A DNA stretch of 64,000 bases, from IMG/VR virus record IMGVR_UViG_2756170246_000001, positions 4,509-68,508 of that record. One strand, 5' to 3'. Position numbers and translations under genes: made by a program. The DNA is from a virus (taxonomy: Duplodnaviria > Caudoviricetes). The notes under the pieces are model-generated. The model saw only the letters and a program-made list of their open reading frames with translations. It was not told the DNA's origin and searched no databases. This document shows, piece by piece, positions 62,814-64,000 of this stretch (position 1 is its first letter; each line of letters starts with the position of its first letter).

Positions 62814-64000
62814 AATGGGCGAAGCGCGCCAAGGGGCGGGTTCCAACCTGGGTAGCCGACGAGGACGACGTCAAGAGAGGCTATGTCCCGAAAACGGTGA
62901 ACCTTCAGTTCCTCGCCGACCAGCCAGAAATGCTAAGGGCGAAGTGCGATTCCCTTCAAGCCGAGATGGTGCTTTGGCGAACCGGGTATCGAGCCGATCC
63001 CTTGAAATTCGATGGCACCGTCAAATCGCTGCTTTCCATCTATGAGACACATCCTCGAAGCCCATACCACAAGCTGAGGCCGGGCTCGCTGGTGCCCTAC
63101 AATCACTATCTGAGGAGCCTCAAGGGCCACATCGGTACGGTCCGAGTCGACGATATCAGTGGCGTCGACCTCATGGACTGGCATGACGTCTGGTCGGAAA
63201 ACGGGCGCTATCTCGCCGCCGCCGCAATGGCACGGGCAGTGCTATTCGCGGCGACGAGCTTCGCCATAATGCTGCGGCTGCCCGGCTGCGCGGAACTGAA
63301 GGTCGTCCTTATGGAGGCCGGCAAGACGATGCCGCAACCGAAGCCCCGGAAACAAGCCGCCACGGCGGCACAGATCACCGCCGCCCGAGCGGCAGCGCAC
63401 GTCGCCGGCCGGCCGTCATCGGCGCTTGTCTATGCTCTGTGTTTCGAGACCACGCTACGTCTGTGGGATGTCATCGGACAGTGGTGGCCGATGGATATGG
63501 GAGGCATCTCCGAGGTTCTGGATGCCGGTCGCGAGTTGAAATGGTTTGGCCTCCGCTGGGAAGACATCGATGCCGATCTCGTGCTTCGGTATGTCCCGTC
63601 GAAAACTGCGGATAGCTCCGGGGCCGAGATCTCCTATTCGCTGAAGAAGGCGCCGATGGTGATGGAGGAGCTGAAGCACTGGCCGGTCGATATCAGAACG
63701 GGGCCGATGATCGTCGCTGAGGAGACCTCGCTTCCGTACCGGGCCAAGATCTTTGGGCAGCGGTGGACCGTCGATCGGAAAGCCGCCGGGCTGCCGGCAA
63801 AGCTCTGGGCGCGCGATCTGCGGGCCTCCGGCATCACCGAAGGGCGTGCCTCCGACGCCTCTCTGGCGGATGCGCAGAAGGTCGCCGGCCACTCAAACAT
63901 CGGCACAACCGAGAAATATGACCGTGCCGTGCTGGAGGCCGCTGACCGTTTTGCCGACGCCAGAATGCGGCGCCGTGAACAGCAAAAGGGCAGGGAATGA
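62777..64000 (+). CDS. int: Tyrosine recombinase (integrase)
   Basis: TTLRLWD (Arg I), ARDLRASG (Arg II, with His replaced by Arg), GHS...TTEKY (His, Tyr). Confidence 0.88.
   Translation: MEDEEQIKAPGLKWAKRAKGRVPTWVADEDDVKRGYVPKTVNLQFLADQPEMLRAKCDSLQAEMVLWRTGYRADPLKFDGTVKSLLSIYETHPRSPYHKLRPGSLVPYNHYLRSLKGHIGTVRVDDISGVDLMDWHDVWSENGRYLAAAAMARAVLFAATSFAIMLRLPGCAELKVVLMEAGKTMPQPKPRKQAATAAQITAARAAAHVAGRPSSALVYALCFETTLRLWDVIGQWWPMDMGGISEVLDAGRELKWFGLRWEDIDADLVLRYVPSKTADSSGAEISYSLKKAPMVMEELKHWPVDIRTGPMIVAEETSLPYRAKIFGQRWTVDRKAAGLPAKLWARDLRASGITEGRASDASLADAQKVAGHSNIGTTEKYDRAVLEAADRFADARMRRREQQKGRE

Larger units (their letters stand above)
174..64000. mobile_element. Temperate siphovirus prophage (HK97-like head, GTA-like tail tip); extends beyond the window to the left, att site expected just right of 64000
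   Basis: Complete ordered modules: integrase, recombination, cI/cro switch, replication, terminase, portal, protease, capsid, head-tail, tube, tape measure, tail tip. Genes are tightly packed with ATGA/TGATG overlaps. Confidence 0.97.

Noticed and set aside
1-64000. CRISPR array, DGR, retron or group II intron
   Set aside because: No spaced direct repeats of CRISPR type and no reverse transcriptase motif (YADD) in any credible ORF; the repeats found are coding (tape measure, collagen, helicase).

Overview
The whole window is one temperate, lambdoid/HK97-like siphovirus prophage of a high-GC alphaproteobacterium. The host assignment (rhizobia-like) is inferred from CtrA, GcrA, ACP and SSB-like genes and GTA-like tail tip genes. 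On the minus strand, reading right to left, are cro and an early/replication operon (about 48.1 to 31.1 kb), then the late operon: HNH, terS, terL, portal, collagen-like protein, ClpP-type protease, HK97 capsid, head-tail, tail tube, chaperones with a -1 frameshift, tape measure, GTA-type tail tip and fibre genes (30.7 to 0.17 kb). On the plus strand are a short cI-like repressor, an Arc-like gene, a recombination/replication operon (YqaJ exonuclease, SSAP-like protein, ACP, DEDDh exonuclease, RecD-like helicase, J-domain protein, SSB, SF2 helicase) and a tyrosine integrase ending at base 64000. Lysis genes and att sites are not in the window. The main observations are: (1) a suite of host cell-cycle regulator look-alikes in one operon (CtrA with a dead receiver but intact DNA-binding helix, an orphan OmpR-type wHTH, a GapR-like protein and GcrA); (2) a glycosyltransferase/acetyltransferase cassette between the capsid and head-tail genes, suggesting virion glycosylation; (3) a pseudoknot/switch-like RNA element over the tail chaperone RBS; (4) five 14-bp CGGT-N6-ACCG operators and a second palindrome shared by the late and early control regions; (5) phage-borne ACP, an HslV/proteasome-like Ntn hydrolase and a hydrophobic leader on the capsid protein. 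All family assignments come from motif recognition by eye; no database search was run.
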